A stretch of 64,000 bases of DNA from Dehalococcoidia bacterium (lineage in GTDB: Bacteria > Chloroflexota > Dehalococcoidia > SHYB01). The notes beneath the pieces are model-generated. The model was not told where the DNA came from. It made no database searches and saw only the letters and a program-made list of their open reading frames with translations. The DNA lies in contig CBDCOW010000003.1 in the NCBI GenBank assembly GCA_965219875.1, positions 1,276,479 through 1,340,478 on the forward strand, given 5' to 3'. Made by a program: the position numbers and the translations under genes. Below, piece by piece: positions 47,608 to 57,314 of the stretch (position 1 is the first letter of the stretch; every line of letters begins with the position of its first letter).

Positions 47608-48876
47608 GGCAAACGCCTCCTTGGGAGCGGGTCGTCCCGTCCCCGTGAGTGTACGGAAGGGGTCCGCTTCAGTCTACAGAGGTTCGGCCGGCCTTCCCCG
47701 TCCCGGCCCTCTCTCAGTCTCTCCCAGGGGGAGACCTTTGCGTAACCTGAGCCTAACCGCACGAGGCGCTCAGGGGGGAGGGAGCGGGCGATTCGCGAAT
47801 CGCCCCTACGGGAGGGGATAGGGCGAGCGGAGTTGGCAGCCCTTGCGTCCGTTCGGCGGCGCTCGGAACCCGTGGTCTCCGTTCGTTGCGTCCGCGCCTC
47901 ACCACGCAACGCGCCTTGGGGCGCGCCTCGGCTCAGGCCCGCCCCGGAGGGGACGGACGAGCGGGGCTCGACCGTTGGCGCGGCTGACCGTCCTCGCGCT
48001 TTCGCGCCGCGTCTGCCGTGCAAGACCGCGGAGTCCGGCGACCTTCGCCGGGTTGGTGGCCCTTCGCCTCTCTCCTTAGGAGAAGGCTGCCTTGGCTAGG
48101 CTGTTGGTTCTCGGTGCGGCGTTCTTTGATTTGTACGGCCTTGGGGGGGCCGGGCCACGCGGGGCGGTCGTTGCGCGCGCCGTCTGTTATGACGGAGCGG
48201 ACGGTCCGGTCCACCACGCTGGGTGAAGCGAGGCCGGCGGTTCGCGCACCCCGCGGGCAAGGCGGGGATAGGTCCCCCGGGCCGCGGTAAGGCGGCGCGG
48301 GGTCTTTGCCGTCCGCAGCGGTTACGGAGGCAGGTCGTCGCCGCGTGGCCGGCGAGAGGCAGGACGACCCTCCGGGCTTATGGTCCGTTGGGAGGACGGG
48401 CCGGGATGGACTTGCCGCCACGGTGGCGGTGTCCACGGATAGCGCCGCACCGAGAAGGGGGCGTGTGTGGTCGGTTGGGGCAGGGTCCTCCTTTGGGTGA
48501 TCTGGCGGCCCGCGTTCCGCGCGTCCGCGGCTGGCGGGCCTGGGAAACATATGTTCTCCAATGATGGTAGGGGAGGGGTTTGGGGGTTGTCAAGGGCGGT
48601 GTGGCGGGCGGGGGCGGAGGGGGACGGGCGCCCACAAGGGGCGCCCCTACGGGAGGGGTGCCGGCGGGCGGCACGGGGTGGCGGGCTGCGATGGGCGTTG
48701 GTGGTTGCGAGGGGGCCCCTCATCTCAGTCTTCTCCCGTGGGGAGAAGAGGCAAGAAGGCGCCCTGCGGGCACCCGCGCGCCTAGCGGCGCGCGCCCTCT
48801 CTCAGTCTCCCCCAGAGGGAGAGAGGTTTAGGTGGGCTCCGCCAGCCGGAGGGGAGGGCACCCACAAGGGGCGCCC

Positions 48877-50034
48877 CTACGGTATCTCGGCGCCGGCGAT
48901 GAGGGTGGCGGCGGCGGCGAACATGCCGCCGGGACCGTGGGCGATGCCGAACTTGGCATTGGGAACCTGACGCTCGCCGGCCGCGCCGCGCAGCTGCCGC
49001 ACGAGCTCGATCATGGTGTACATGCCGTACATGCCGGAGTGACTGTAGGAGAGACCGCCGCCGTTGGTGTTCATGGGGAAGTCGCCGCCGGGGGCGGTGC
49101 GCCCGTTCTCGACGAAGGGGCCGCTCTCGCCTTTGCCCACGAAGCCGAGGTCTTCCAGCGCGGCCATCGGGGTGAAGGAGAAGGCGTCGTAGAGCTCGGC
49201 GACGGCGATGTCCTTGTGGGTAACCCCAGACATGTCGAAGGCGGAGCGCCCCGAGATTACCGCCGCGTCCGACGTCGTCGCGTCGCGGATGTTCGAGATG
49301 CCGTAGTGCGCCGTGGCGTGCCCCGTCCCGAGGACGTAAACCGGCGGCTTGGGCAGCGCCGTCGCCTCGTCGGCCCGGGTGAGGACGAGCGCGCCGCCGG
49401 CGTCGGTGACCAGGCAGCACATGAACAGGGTATAGGGCCAGCAGACCATGCGAGAGTTTAGAACGTCGTCGATGGTGATGTCGTCCTTCATCACGGCTTT
49501 GGGGTGCATTTGGGCCCACTTCCGGGTCGAGACCGACACTTCCGCCAGTTGTTCCAGCGTGGTGCCGTACTCGTGCATGTGGCGTGTGGCCGGCAGGGAG
49601 AACGTTGTCGGTGCGCCGAAGGTGCCGTAGGGGGCCTCGAACTGGCCTCCTGGGAGGCCGGGGGCGCCGGCAGGGGGGGCGACGCCGATGCGGGAGCGGC
49701 CGCTTTCGCCGTGGGAGATGACGGCGACGTTGATGAGGCCCGCGTCGAGGGCCAGCATGGCGTGCTCGACCATGGCGATGAAGGAGCAGCCGCCCATCTG
49801 GGTGTTGTTGTAGAGGCGGGGCGTGATCCCCAGGTACTCGCCGAGCTGGGTCATCGGGACGCCGGGGCAGAGCAGGCCGTCCACGTCGCTCAGCTTCAGG
49901 CCCGCGTCGTCGAGCGCGTTGCGAATGCCCTCGGCGTGCAGCGTGATCATAGAATGGCCGGGAAGCGTCCCCAGCCGGTCCGTCTCGCAGGCGCCGACGA
50001 TGGCGACCTTGCCGCGAAGGTCTTTGGTGGGCAT
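48877..50034 (-). CDS. SCP-x-type thiolase-fold protein (thiolase/retro-aldolase, Ltp-like)
   Basis: 385 aa beginning MPTKDLRGKVAIVGACETDRLG. A thiolase fold with a downstream DUF35 partner. Confidence 0.75.
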   Translation of the reverse strand: MPTKDLRGKVAIVGACETDRLGTLPGHSMITLHAEGIRNALDDAGLKLSDVDGLLCPGVPMTQLGEYLGITPRLYNNTQMGGCSFIAMVEHAMLALDAGLINVAVISHGESGRSRIGVAPPAGAPGLPGGQFEAPYGTFGAPTTFSLPATRHMHEYGTTLEQLAEVSVSTRKWAQMHPKAVMKDDITIDDVLNSRMVCWPYTLFMCCLVTDAGGALVLTRADEATALPKPPVYVLGTGHATAHYGISNIRDATTSDAAVISGRSAFDMSGVTHKDIAVAELYDAFSFTPMAALEDLGFVGKGESGPFVENGRTAPGGDFPMNTNGGGLSYSHSGMYGMYTMIELVRQLRGAAGERQVPNAKFGIAHGPGGMFAAAATLIAGAEIP

Positions 50035-50076
50035 GGCGGGTTTCTTCCTCTCGGCTATGAGGCAGGCCGGGCCGGA

Positions 50077-50493
50077 CTAGGCGGGACGGAACTTGGGCAG
50101 GGTGACCTCGTCGGTCACCGCGACGTACTCGACGCGCACCGGCATGCCGCAGGCGATCTTGGCGGGGTCGGGGTCGACGCCGATGACGTTGCTCATCATC
50201 CGCGGGCCTTCGTCGAGCTCGATGATGGCGATGACGTAGGGCTCGCCGTTCATGTAGGGCAGCTTGCGGTGGCTTATGCCGAAGGAGTAGACCTTGCCGT
50301 TCCCGCTGGCCTCGAACCACTCCACATCCCACGAAAAGCAGCTCGGACAGAACGGGCGGGGGTAGAAGTACGGCCCGCAGGCGGCGCAGCGCTGCAACAC
50401 GAGCTTGCCCTGGTTCACGCCGTCCCAAAAGGGCTTGGTCTCGGGGGTGGGCTTGGGCAGGGGGCCGGAGTACGCGGCGGCTTGGTCGGGCAT
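50077..50493 (-). CDS. DUF35 OB-fold/Zn-ribbon protein (thiolase partner)
   Basis: ATG at 50493. It has a Zn ribbon (CAACGPYFYPRPFCPSC) and an OB fold. Confidence 0.7.
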   Translation of the reverse strand: MPDQAAAYSGPLPKPTPETKPFWDGVNQGKLVLQRCAACGPYFYPRPFCPSCFSWDVEWFEASGNGKVYSFGISHRKLPYMNGEPYVIAIIELDEGPRMMSNVIGVDPDPAKIACGMPVRVEYVAVTDEVTLPKFRPA

Positions 50494-50599
50494 GGGGGGA
50501 CCTCGCTGGGAGCGCCGCCCTTCTGCGTGCGGCGCCGGGGAGAGTCTAGCCGCAAGGAGAGCGGCGCCGCAACGCGGGAGGGGTCTGCGGCGCATGGCG

Positions 50600-50830
50600 C
50601 ATCCCGCCTCCCCCCGCCCTCACCCCAACCCTCTCCCAGCGGGAGAGGGGGCAGGACCCCCTCAGCCGCCCCAGCCCTCTCACTCGTCTCTCCCAAGGGA
50701 GACCTTTGCGTAACTCGGCGGGCGGGCTTTAGCAAGGTCGCGCGGCCCCCGCCTCCCCCCGCCCTCACCCCAACCCTCTCCCAGCGGGAGAGGGGGCAGG
50801 ACCCCGCGCCGCCCTCCCTTTCCCAAGGCC
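50600..50830. repeat. ~140-bp tandem repeat array (about 1.5 units) sharing the GAGACCTTTGCGTAAC end and CCCTCTCCCAGCGGGAGAGGG palindrome
   Basis: Direct reading of the sequence. It belongs to the same family as the array at 52205-52875. Confidence 0.7.
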
Positions 50831-51149
50831 AGCGGGCGGCGTTCTTCCCCTCGACGAAGGTTTGCAAAGGTCTTCAAGGGGAGAGAGGCTTGAGGTGCCC
50901 AGAGGGGGAGAGGCTTAGGGCGGTCGGCGTTGACCGGGCGGGGTGCGCCGACTACGGTGTAGCGGCTATGCGCGTCGATGCTGTGTCCCACGCCGCGGGC
51001 TTGGGAACCCTCTCTCAGTCTCCCCCAGAGGGGGAGAGGTCTACGGTGGCTCCCCCAGAGGGGGAGAGGTCTACGGTGGCTCCCCCAAAGGGGGAGAGGT
51101 CTGAGGCGGCCCTCTCTCAGCCTCTCCCAGGGGGAGAGAGGTTTAGGGA

Positions 51150-51834
51150 TGCGCCGGAGGGGGAGAGGAGGCGGGTCGTCGTCATCGACGCGGTGCGGGC
51201 CTCCTCAACCATTGCCCACGCCGTCGCCTCCGGGGCGAAGCGAGTGGTGCCCGTCGCCGCCATTGAGGAGGCGTGGGAGCTGCGCCAGCGGCTCGGACGA
51301 GAGCGGCCCCTGCTTGGCGGCGAGCGCGGCGGCCTCAAGATCGAGGGGTTCGACCTGGGGAACTCGCCGGAGGCCTACACGCCGCGCGCCGTTGGGGGAC
51401 GGACGGTGATCATCACCACTACCAACGGGACCCAGGCCATGCGCGCCGGCGAACGGGTCGGCCGCGTCGTCGTGGGGGCGTTCGTCAACCTCCCCGCCGT
51501 CGTTGCGCGCTTGCTGGATTGGAGCGAAGACGTCCTGCTGGCACCGGTGGGCCGCGAAGACGCCCCGGTGCTCGACGACACCGTCTGCGCCGGCATGTAT
51601 GCCGACGCCCTCCTCGACGCCGGCTTCGACCTCAGCCCCGCCGCCGAGGAGCTGCGCCGCGCCTATCTCCCCTATGCGGGGCGGTTGCTCGACGCCCTCG
51701 CTGAGTCGGCGTCGGGACGCGCCCTCATCGCCGTCGGCCTGGGGAGCGACCTGCGCTACTGCGCCCAGGTCGGCGTCCTCGACTCCGCGCCGCTGATAGA
51801 CGGGGGCGCGATTTGCGAGGGGCGGGCGGCGTGA
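51150..51834 (+). CDS. 2-phosphosulfolactate phosphatase family protein (ComB-like)
   Basis: …VVVIDAVRASSTIAHAVASG…GFDLGNSPE… matches the ComB family. There is no canonical in-frame start because the 5' end abuts the repeat array, so the start coordinate is approximate. Confidence 0.55.
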
Positions 51835-52205
51835 CGGCGCTCCTGCTCGTTGGAGGGGGCGGCTTCCTGGGGTCGATCGCCCGCTACGGCCTCTCCAAAG
51901 CCGTGCACCGCTGGCTGGGCGACGCGGCGTTCCCCTACGGCACGTTCGCGGTGAACATGATCGGCTGCCTCCTGATCGGGCTGCTCCTGGGGATCATCGA
52001 GCAGCGCGGCGGCGGGTCGAACCTCCGCGCCTTCGCCGCCATCGGCGTCCTGGGGGGCTTCACCACCTTTTCCGCCTTCGGCTACGACACGCTCGTCCTC
52101 TTCCGCGACGGGCGCGTCCCGGCGGGGCTGGCCAACGTCGTGCTCCAGCCGGTGCTGGGGCTGCTCGCGGCGTGGGCGGGGTGGAGCGCGGCGAAGCTAG
52201 TCTAG
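51831..52205 (+). CDS. crcB: fluoride ion channel CrcB/FluC
   Basis: GTG overlaps the comB stop. GSIARYGLS…GFTTFSAF motifs. About 124 aa with 4 TM helices. Confidence 0.75.
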   Translation: MTALLLVGGGGFLGSIARYGLSKAVHRWLGDAAFPYGTFAVNMIGCLLIGLLLGIIEQRGGGSNLRAFAAIGVLGGFTTFSAFGYDTLVLFRDGRVPAGLANVVLQPVLGLLAAWAGWSAAKLV

Positions 52206-52875
52206 GGGGGCGAGACCGGTCTCAGGCTCTCCCAAGGGAGAAGCTTTGCGTAACTGGGGTGGCTGAGGCGAGGATGGCGGGCTTCAGCAAGGTCGCGCGG
52301 CCCCCGCCTCCCCCCGCCCTCACCCCAACCCTCTCCCAGCGGGAGAGGGGGCAGGCCCCCCCCAGCCGCCCCAGCCCTCTCACTCGTCTCTCCCAAGGGA
52401 GACCTTTGCGTAACTCGGCGGGCGGGCTTTAACAAGGTCGCGCGGCCCCCGCCTCCCCCCGCCCTCACTCCAACCCTCTCCCGGCGGGAGAGGGGGCAGG
52501 ACCCCCCAGCCGCCCCAGCCCTCTCACTCGTCTCTCCCAAGGAAGACCTTTGCGTAACTGGGCGGGCGGGCTTCAGCAAGGTCGGGCGGCCCCCGCCTCC
52601 CCCCGCCCTCACCCCAACCCTCTCCCAGCGGGAGAGGGGGCAGGACCCCCCAGCCACCCCCGAGCCCTCTCTCAGTCTCTACAAGGGGAGACCTCGGCGT
52701 AACTCGGCGGGCGGGCTTCAGCAAGGTCGCGCGGCCCCCGCCTCCCCCCGCCCTCACCCCAACCCTCTCCCAGCGGGAGAGGGGGCAGGCCCCCCCAGCC
52801 GCCCCAGCCCTCTCACTCGTCTCTCCCAAGGGGAGAGAGGCTTAAGGTGCCCAGAGGGGGAGAGGCTTTAGGTGG
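52205..52875. repeat. ~140-bp tandem repeat array (about 4.5 units)
   Basis: The unit is …CTCTCCCAAGGGAGACCTTTGCGTAACTCGGCGGGCGGGCTTTAACAAGGTCGCGCGGCCCCCGCCTCCCCCCGCCCTCACCCCAACCCTCTCCCAGCGGGAGAGGGGGCAGGACCCCCCAGCCGCCCCAGCCCTCTCACTCGT…, repeated head-to-tail. Confidence 0.8.
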
Positions 52876-52971
52876 GTGGCGGTGGGCGCTCCCGCGTCGT
52901 GCCCTATAATGCCGGGGCGCGGACGCCGCCGCGTCCAAGCGGATACGACCACGACGCAATCGCGGGGACCC

Positions 52972-53988
52972 GTGACCTCCACCGACACACCGAGCACGCC
53001 GAACGACGGCGCGCGCAAGGCTTCGCCCCCGAAGATCGTCTCGCTCGGCGGCGGGACGGGGAGCTACAACCTGCTCTCCGGTCTCAAGCACCGCGACTGC
53101 CGGCTCACCGCGGTCGTCACCACCATGGACAGCGGCGGCAGCTCGGGCCGCCTCCGCGACGAGTTCGGTCACCTGCCCCCCGGCGACTTGCGCCAGTGCC
53201 TCCTGGCACTCAGCCCCGACGACCACTCGGGGATGGTGCTGCGCGGGCTGTTCAACTACCGCTTCGACAAGGGCAACGGCCTCGACGGCCACAGCTTCGG
53301 CAACCTGTTCTTGACGGCGCTGACCGAAATTACCGGAAGCGCCGAACGGGCCATCAACGAGATGGGCCGGCTGTTGAACATCAAGGGGCGCGTCCTGCCG
53401 GTGACGCTGGCCAACGCCGACCTCTGCGCGCGGCTGCGCGACGGGTCGGTGATCATGGGGGAGACGAACATTGATCGGCGCAGCGCCGGATCCGCCGCGC
53501 CCATCGACTACGTCTATCTTGAGCCATCGACCGCGCAGGTACATCCGCCGACAGCGGCGGCGATCGAGGAGGCCGACGCGATCGTGATCGGCCCCGGCGA
53601 CCTCTACACCAGCATCGTTCCCAACCTGCTCGTCGAAGGCGTGACCGAGGCGCTGGCACGCTCTCGCGGCGTCCGCATCTACGTCTGCAACCTCATGACG
53701 AAGCCTGGCGAGTCGGACGGCTTCAAGGCCTCGGATTTCATCCGCGAGGTGGGAAGGTACCTGGGGCCGCGGGCGGGGCTCGACTGCGTGATCGTGAACG
53801 ACCAGCCTCTGCCGGGCCCCATCGCGGAACGCTATCGCGGCGAGCGGTCGACGCAGGTCGTGTTCGACGAGGAGGCGTGCCGCGCCTTGGTGGACGCCGT
53901 GCTGCCCCGCCCCCTCGCCGCCGTGGGCGGCGGCCTCGTCCGGCACGACCCCCACCGACTCGCCGCCGCCGTTTTCGAAGCGCTGTAA
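52972..53988 (+). CDS. YvcK/CofD-family protein (UPF0052; gluconeogenesis factor / 2-phospho-L-lactate transferase superfamily)
   Basis: GTG at 52972 with a GGGGA RBS. KIVSLGGGTGSYNLLSGLK glycine-rich N-terminus and LPPGDLRQCL motif. The track ORF start at 52876 lies in the repeat. Confidence 0.6.
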   Translation: MTSTDTPSTPNDGARKASPPKIVSLGGGTGSYNLLSGLKHRDCRLTAVVTTMDSGGSSGRLRDEFGHLPPGDLRQCLLALSPDDHSGMVLRGLFNYRFDKGNGLDGHSFGNLFLTALTEITGSAERAINEMGRLLNIKGRVLPVTLANADLCARLRDGSVIMGETNIDRRSAGSAAPIDYVYLEPSTAQVHPPTAAAIEEADAIVIGPGDLYTSIVPNLLVEGVTEALARSRGVRIYVCNLMTKPGESDGFKASDFIREVGRYLGPRAGLDCVIVNDQPLPGPIAERYRGERSTQVVFDEEACRALVDAVLPRPLAAVGGGLVRHDPHRLAAAVFEAL

Positions 53989-54080
53989 GCGGCAAGGGAC
54001 GGGAGCCCTCGCGAAAACGGGGCCTGCCCGTATAATTGGCCCGATCCCCGAGCCGCGAACGGGCCGCGAGGAGCGAATGC

Positions 54081-55202
54081 ATGAAGATCGATCTGCTTTA
54101 CGAACTCCAAGTCCCGAAGCCGTGGACGACGCCGCAATACGTCGGCGAGCAGCGCGTCTTCATGCACTCCCTAGACCAGATCGAGCGGGCCGACGAGTTG
54201 GGCTTCGATACGGTGTGGATGGTGGAGCACCACATGCGGGAGGAGCGCTCGCACTGCTCCGCTCCCGAAGTGTTCCTGGGCGCCGTCTCGCAACGGACGA
54301 AGAGCATCCGGCTGGGCCACGGCGTCGTGCTGCTGCCGTTTCCTTTCAATCATCCCGTCCGCGTCGCGGAGCGCGTCGCCATGCTGGACCTGATCAGCAA
54401 CGGCCGGGTGGAGTTTGGGACGGGCCGCTCGACGCGGTTCGAGCAAGAGGGGTTCCTGATCGACTACGAGAAGACCCGCGGCATGTGGCGCGAGGCGCTC
54501 GAGATCATCCCCAAGATGTGGATGCAGGACCGCTTCTCGCACAAGGGCGAATACTTCGAGATCCCCGAACGGAACGTCGTGCCCAAGCCGATGCAGCAGC
54601 CGCACCCGCCGATGTGGATGGCGGCGAGCAACGACGACAGCTACCCCATCGCCGCCGAGCTGGGTCTGGGGGCCCTTGGCCTCACGATCCTGCTGCCCCT
54701 GGAACGCCTGGAGCAACGGATCCAGACCTACAAGAAGGGGATCGTCAACGCGAAGCCGGCGGGAGGGATGGTCAACGACAAGACGGGCGCTTACACGCTC
54801 GTGATGTGCGCCGACTCGCGGGAGCAGGCGCGGGAGGCCGGCGCCTACGACTCGGTGGTCTGGTGGCTGACGCACGCCGTGCTTGCCACGACCATCTGGG
54901 AGGGCGCCCAGTCCACAGAGAAGATGTTCGGCGACTTTCCGCTGCTCCAGCGCTTCCACGAAGGGAAGGTCGGCGTCGAGGCGTTCGACGAGGCGGACAT
55001 GGTGCTCATCGGCAACCCGGACGAGGTTATCCGCAAGATGGAGGCGTACGAGCGTATCGGCGTGGACCACGTGCTCTGCGACGTGGACTTCGGCCACTTG
55101 AAGCATGAGGACATCATGCGCTCGATAGAACTGCTCGGAAAATACGTCATCCCGTACTTCAAGAAGAAGGGGACCCCGGTGGTCGCCGCCACGGGAGTCT
55201 AA
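54081..55202 (+). CDS. LLM-class flavin-dependent oxidoreductase (luciferase-like)
   Basis: ATG at 54081 with a GAGGAG RBS. TIM-barrel LLM motifs are present (…GFDTVWMVEHH…). Confidence 0.75.
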   Translation: MKIDLLYELQVPKPWTTPQYVGEQRVFMHSLDQIERADELGFDTVWMVEHHMREERSHCSAPEVFLGAVSQRTKSIRLGHGVVLLPFPFNHPVRVAERVAMLDLISNGRVEFGTGRSTRFEQEGFLIDYEKTRGMWREALEIIPKMWMQDRFSHKGEYFEIPERNVVPKPMQQPHPPMWMAASNDDSYPIAAELGLGALGLTILLPLERLEQRIQTYKKGIVNAKPAGGMVNDKTGAYTLVMCADSREQAREAGAYDSVVWWLTHAVLATTIWEGAQSTEKMFGDFPLLQRFHEGKVGVEAFDEADMVLIGNPDEVIRKMEAYERIGVDHVLCDVDFGHLKHEDIMRSIELLGKYVIPYFKKKGTPVVAATGV

Positions 55203-55213
55203 CGGCGGGGCCG

Positions 55214-56017
55214 ATGGTGGAGTCCTACAGCGACCGGCTGAGCATGCAAGGCCGCACGGCGATTGTGGCGGGCGGGGGGCTCGGCATGGGATTCGCCATC
55301 GCGGAGGCACTCGCCGGCGCGGGAGCACGCGTCGCCGTGGTCGACATCGACTCGGCCCGCGCCGAGGCCGCGGCGCAACGGATCGGCTCAGGCTCGGCGG
55401 CGATGACCGCCGACGTGCGGGACGAGGCCCAAGTGGACCGGCTCATCAGCGACGTGACCGACCGCTGGGGCGGCTTCGATACGCTCGCCTCGGTAGTCGG
55501 CGGAGCCCACGGCATTGCGGTGCGGGCGCCGCTGGCCGAGACCGGCATGGACGATTGGGACAAGGTCGTGGAGCTCAACCTGCGCCACTTCGTCTTGCTG
55601 GCCAGGGCGTCGGCGAAGCATTTCATCGAACGAGGCGTCCGGGGCTCGATGGTGAGCGTGTCGTCGGTCAACGGCGTCGGAGGCTCGCCCAACCTTGCCT
55701 CCTACGGGGCGGCCAAGGCGGGCCTCATCAGCCTCACCCGCACGCTGTCGGTCGAGCTGGGGAAACATGGCATACGGGTGAACTCGGTGGCGCCGGGGAC
55801 GATCTTCACGGAGCGCAGCGCCGACGCCTACACCGAGGAGACGCTGTCGCGCCTCGAGGGCGTCATACCGCTGGGACGGTTGGGCCGCGTCGAGGACGTG
55901 GCCGGTACGGCCTTGTTCCTGCTCTCCGACCTCGCGGCGTACGTGACGGGGCAGACCATCCTGGTCGATGGCGGGATCATGAACGTCTACCCCTTCGATC
56001 TTCAGCCCGCCGAATAG
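55214..56017 (+). CDS. short-chain dehydrogenase/reductase (SDR)
   Basis: AIVAGGGLGMGFAIA and YGAAKAG motifs. Confidence 0.8.
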   Translation: MVESYSDRLSMQGRTAIVAGGGLGMGFAIAEALAGAGARVAVVDIDSARAEAAAQRIGSGSAAMTADVRDEAQVDRLISDVTDRWGGFDTLASVVGGAHGIAVRAPLAETGMDDWDKVVELNLRHFVLLARASAKHFIERGVRGSMVSVSSVNGVGGSPNLASYGAAKAGLISLTRTLSVELGKHGIRVNSVAPGTIFTERSADAYTEETLSRLEGVIPLGRLGRVEDVAGTALFLLSDLAAYVTGQTILVDGGIMNVYPFDLQPAE

Positions 56018-56033
56018 CGGGCGGAGCCGGCGC

Positions 56034-57314
56034 ATGACCTTCCCGCTCAACGGCGTCCGCGTGCTGGACTTCACCTGGCTGAACGCCGGCGCGAAAGGGA
56101 CACGGCACCTGGCGCTCTACGGGGCCGACGTGATCCACATCGAGTGGAAGGGGCGGCTCGATCTGCTGCGGCACAACCCGCCCTATCACGAGGTGCCCGG
56201 GGACACGTCGATGCCAAAGGCGGCCCCCGGCTACGACCACCTGAAGGTTTCCAGCGTCAACCGGGCCGCCAGCTTCAACAACAACCACGTCGGCAAATGG
56301 GGGATCAGCCTCAACCTGCGCCACCCCAAGGGCAAGGCGATCTTCCGCGACCTGGTGAAGACCGCGGACGTGGTCGCCGACAACTTCACGGCGTCGACGC
56401 TCGACGGCTGGGGCTTCGGCCCCGAGGCCCTGGAGCAAATCAAGCCCGACATCATCTACGTGCAGGCGCCGGGCTTCGGGCGGCTGGGCCCCTACAGCGA
56501 CTATCGGTCCTACGGGCCGACGGCGGCGGCGATATCAGGGCTCACCTGGCAGGGAGGCCTGCCCAACCGCTACCCCTGCGGCTACGGCTTCTCGTACATG
56601 GACGTGTGCGGCCCGTACTTCCTCGCCATGGCGGTGCTCTCGGCGCTGCGCCAGCGCAACCGCACCGGTCGGGGAGTCTACGTCGACTCCTCGCAGTGCG
56701 GCCCCGCCTTCCTCCTCACGGGCCCCGCGCTGCTCGAATGGTCGGCGAACGGCGACGGCCACGTCCGCAACGGCAACCGCTCCACCTACGTGGCCGCCGC
56801 CCCACACAACGCGTACCGGTGCAAGGGGAAGGACGACTGGGTGGTCATCACCTGCTTTACCGAAGAGCACTGGCGCGGGCTGGTGGACGAAATGGGGAAT
56901 CCCGCATGGACCGCCCGCCCTGAGTTTGCGACCGTCGAAGACCGCTTCGAGCGCCAGGACGATCTCGACCCGCTCGTCGAAGCGTGGACATCGGGACAGG
57001 AACGCTACGACGTCATGCGGCGTCTCCAAGCGGCGGGCGTGCCCGCGGCGGTCTGCCAAAACACCGCCGACCGGTACGAGCGCGACCCGCAGCTGCGCCA
57101 CCGGGGCTACTTCGCCCGCGTACCCCACTCGGAAGTGCCGCCGTACGACACGGAGGGGCATCCGGGGCTCTTCTCGGACACGCAGCCCTCGCCGTTGGGA
57201 CGGTCGGGTAGGGGCAGCGCGGTCTACGGAGAGGACAACGCACGCATCTACGGCGACCTGCTCGGGCTGAGCGCGGCCGACGTCGAGGCCCTCCGGGCCG
57301 AGGACGTGATCTGA
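56034..57314 (+). CDS. family III CoA-transferase (CaiB/BaiF family)
   Basis: Begins MTFPLNGVRVLDFTWLNAGAKGTRHLALYGADVIHIEWKG. 426 aa. Confidence 0.8.
   Translation: MTFPLNGVRVLDFTWLNAGAKGTRHLALYGADVIHIEWKGRLDLLRHNPPYHEVPGDTSMPKAAPGYDHLKVSSVNRAASFNNNHVGKWGISLNLRHPKGKAIFRDLVKTADVVADNFTASTLDGWGFGPEALEQIKPDIIYVQAPGFGRLGPYSDYRSYGPTAAAISGLTWQGGLPNRYPCGYGFSYMDVCGPYFLAMAVLSALRQRNRTGRGVYVDSSQCGPAFLLTGPALLEWSANGDGHVRNGNRSTYVAAAPHNAYRCKGKDDWVVITCFTEEHWRGLVDEMGNPAWTARPEFATVEDRFERQDDLDPLVEAWTSGQERYDVMRRLQAAGVPAAVCQNTADRYERDPQLRHRGYFARVPHSEVPPYDTEGHPGLFSDTQPSPLGRSGRGSAVYGEDNARIYGDLLGLSAADVEALRAEDVI

Noticed and set aside
47830-48560. RNase P RNA, tmRNA or SRP RNA in the long noncoding stretch
   Set aside because: None of the universally conserved motifs could be found by eye: the P4 GGAAAGUCCGG of RNase P RNA, the tRNA-like GGUUCGAUUCC ends of tmRNA, or the SRP domain IV. 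The region is only flagged as an unassigned ncRNA candidate.
49504-51834. 776-aa plus-strand ORF
   Set aside because: Only the last ~230 codons (ComB-like) look like protein. The remainder runs antisense through the thiolase/DUF35 genes and across the repeat array.
50590-52875. Possible CRISPR array
   Set aside because: The repeats are about 140 bp long and directly abutting with no unique spacers, and there are no cas genes. They are tandem satellite or MITE-derived repeats, not CRISPR.
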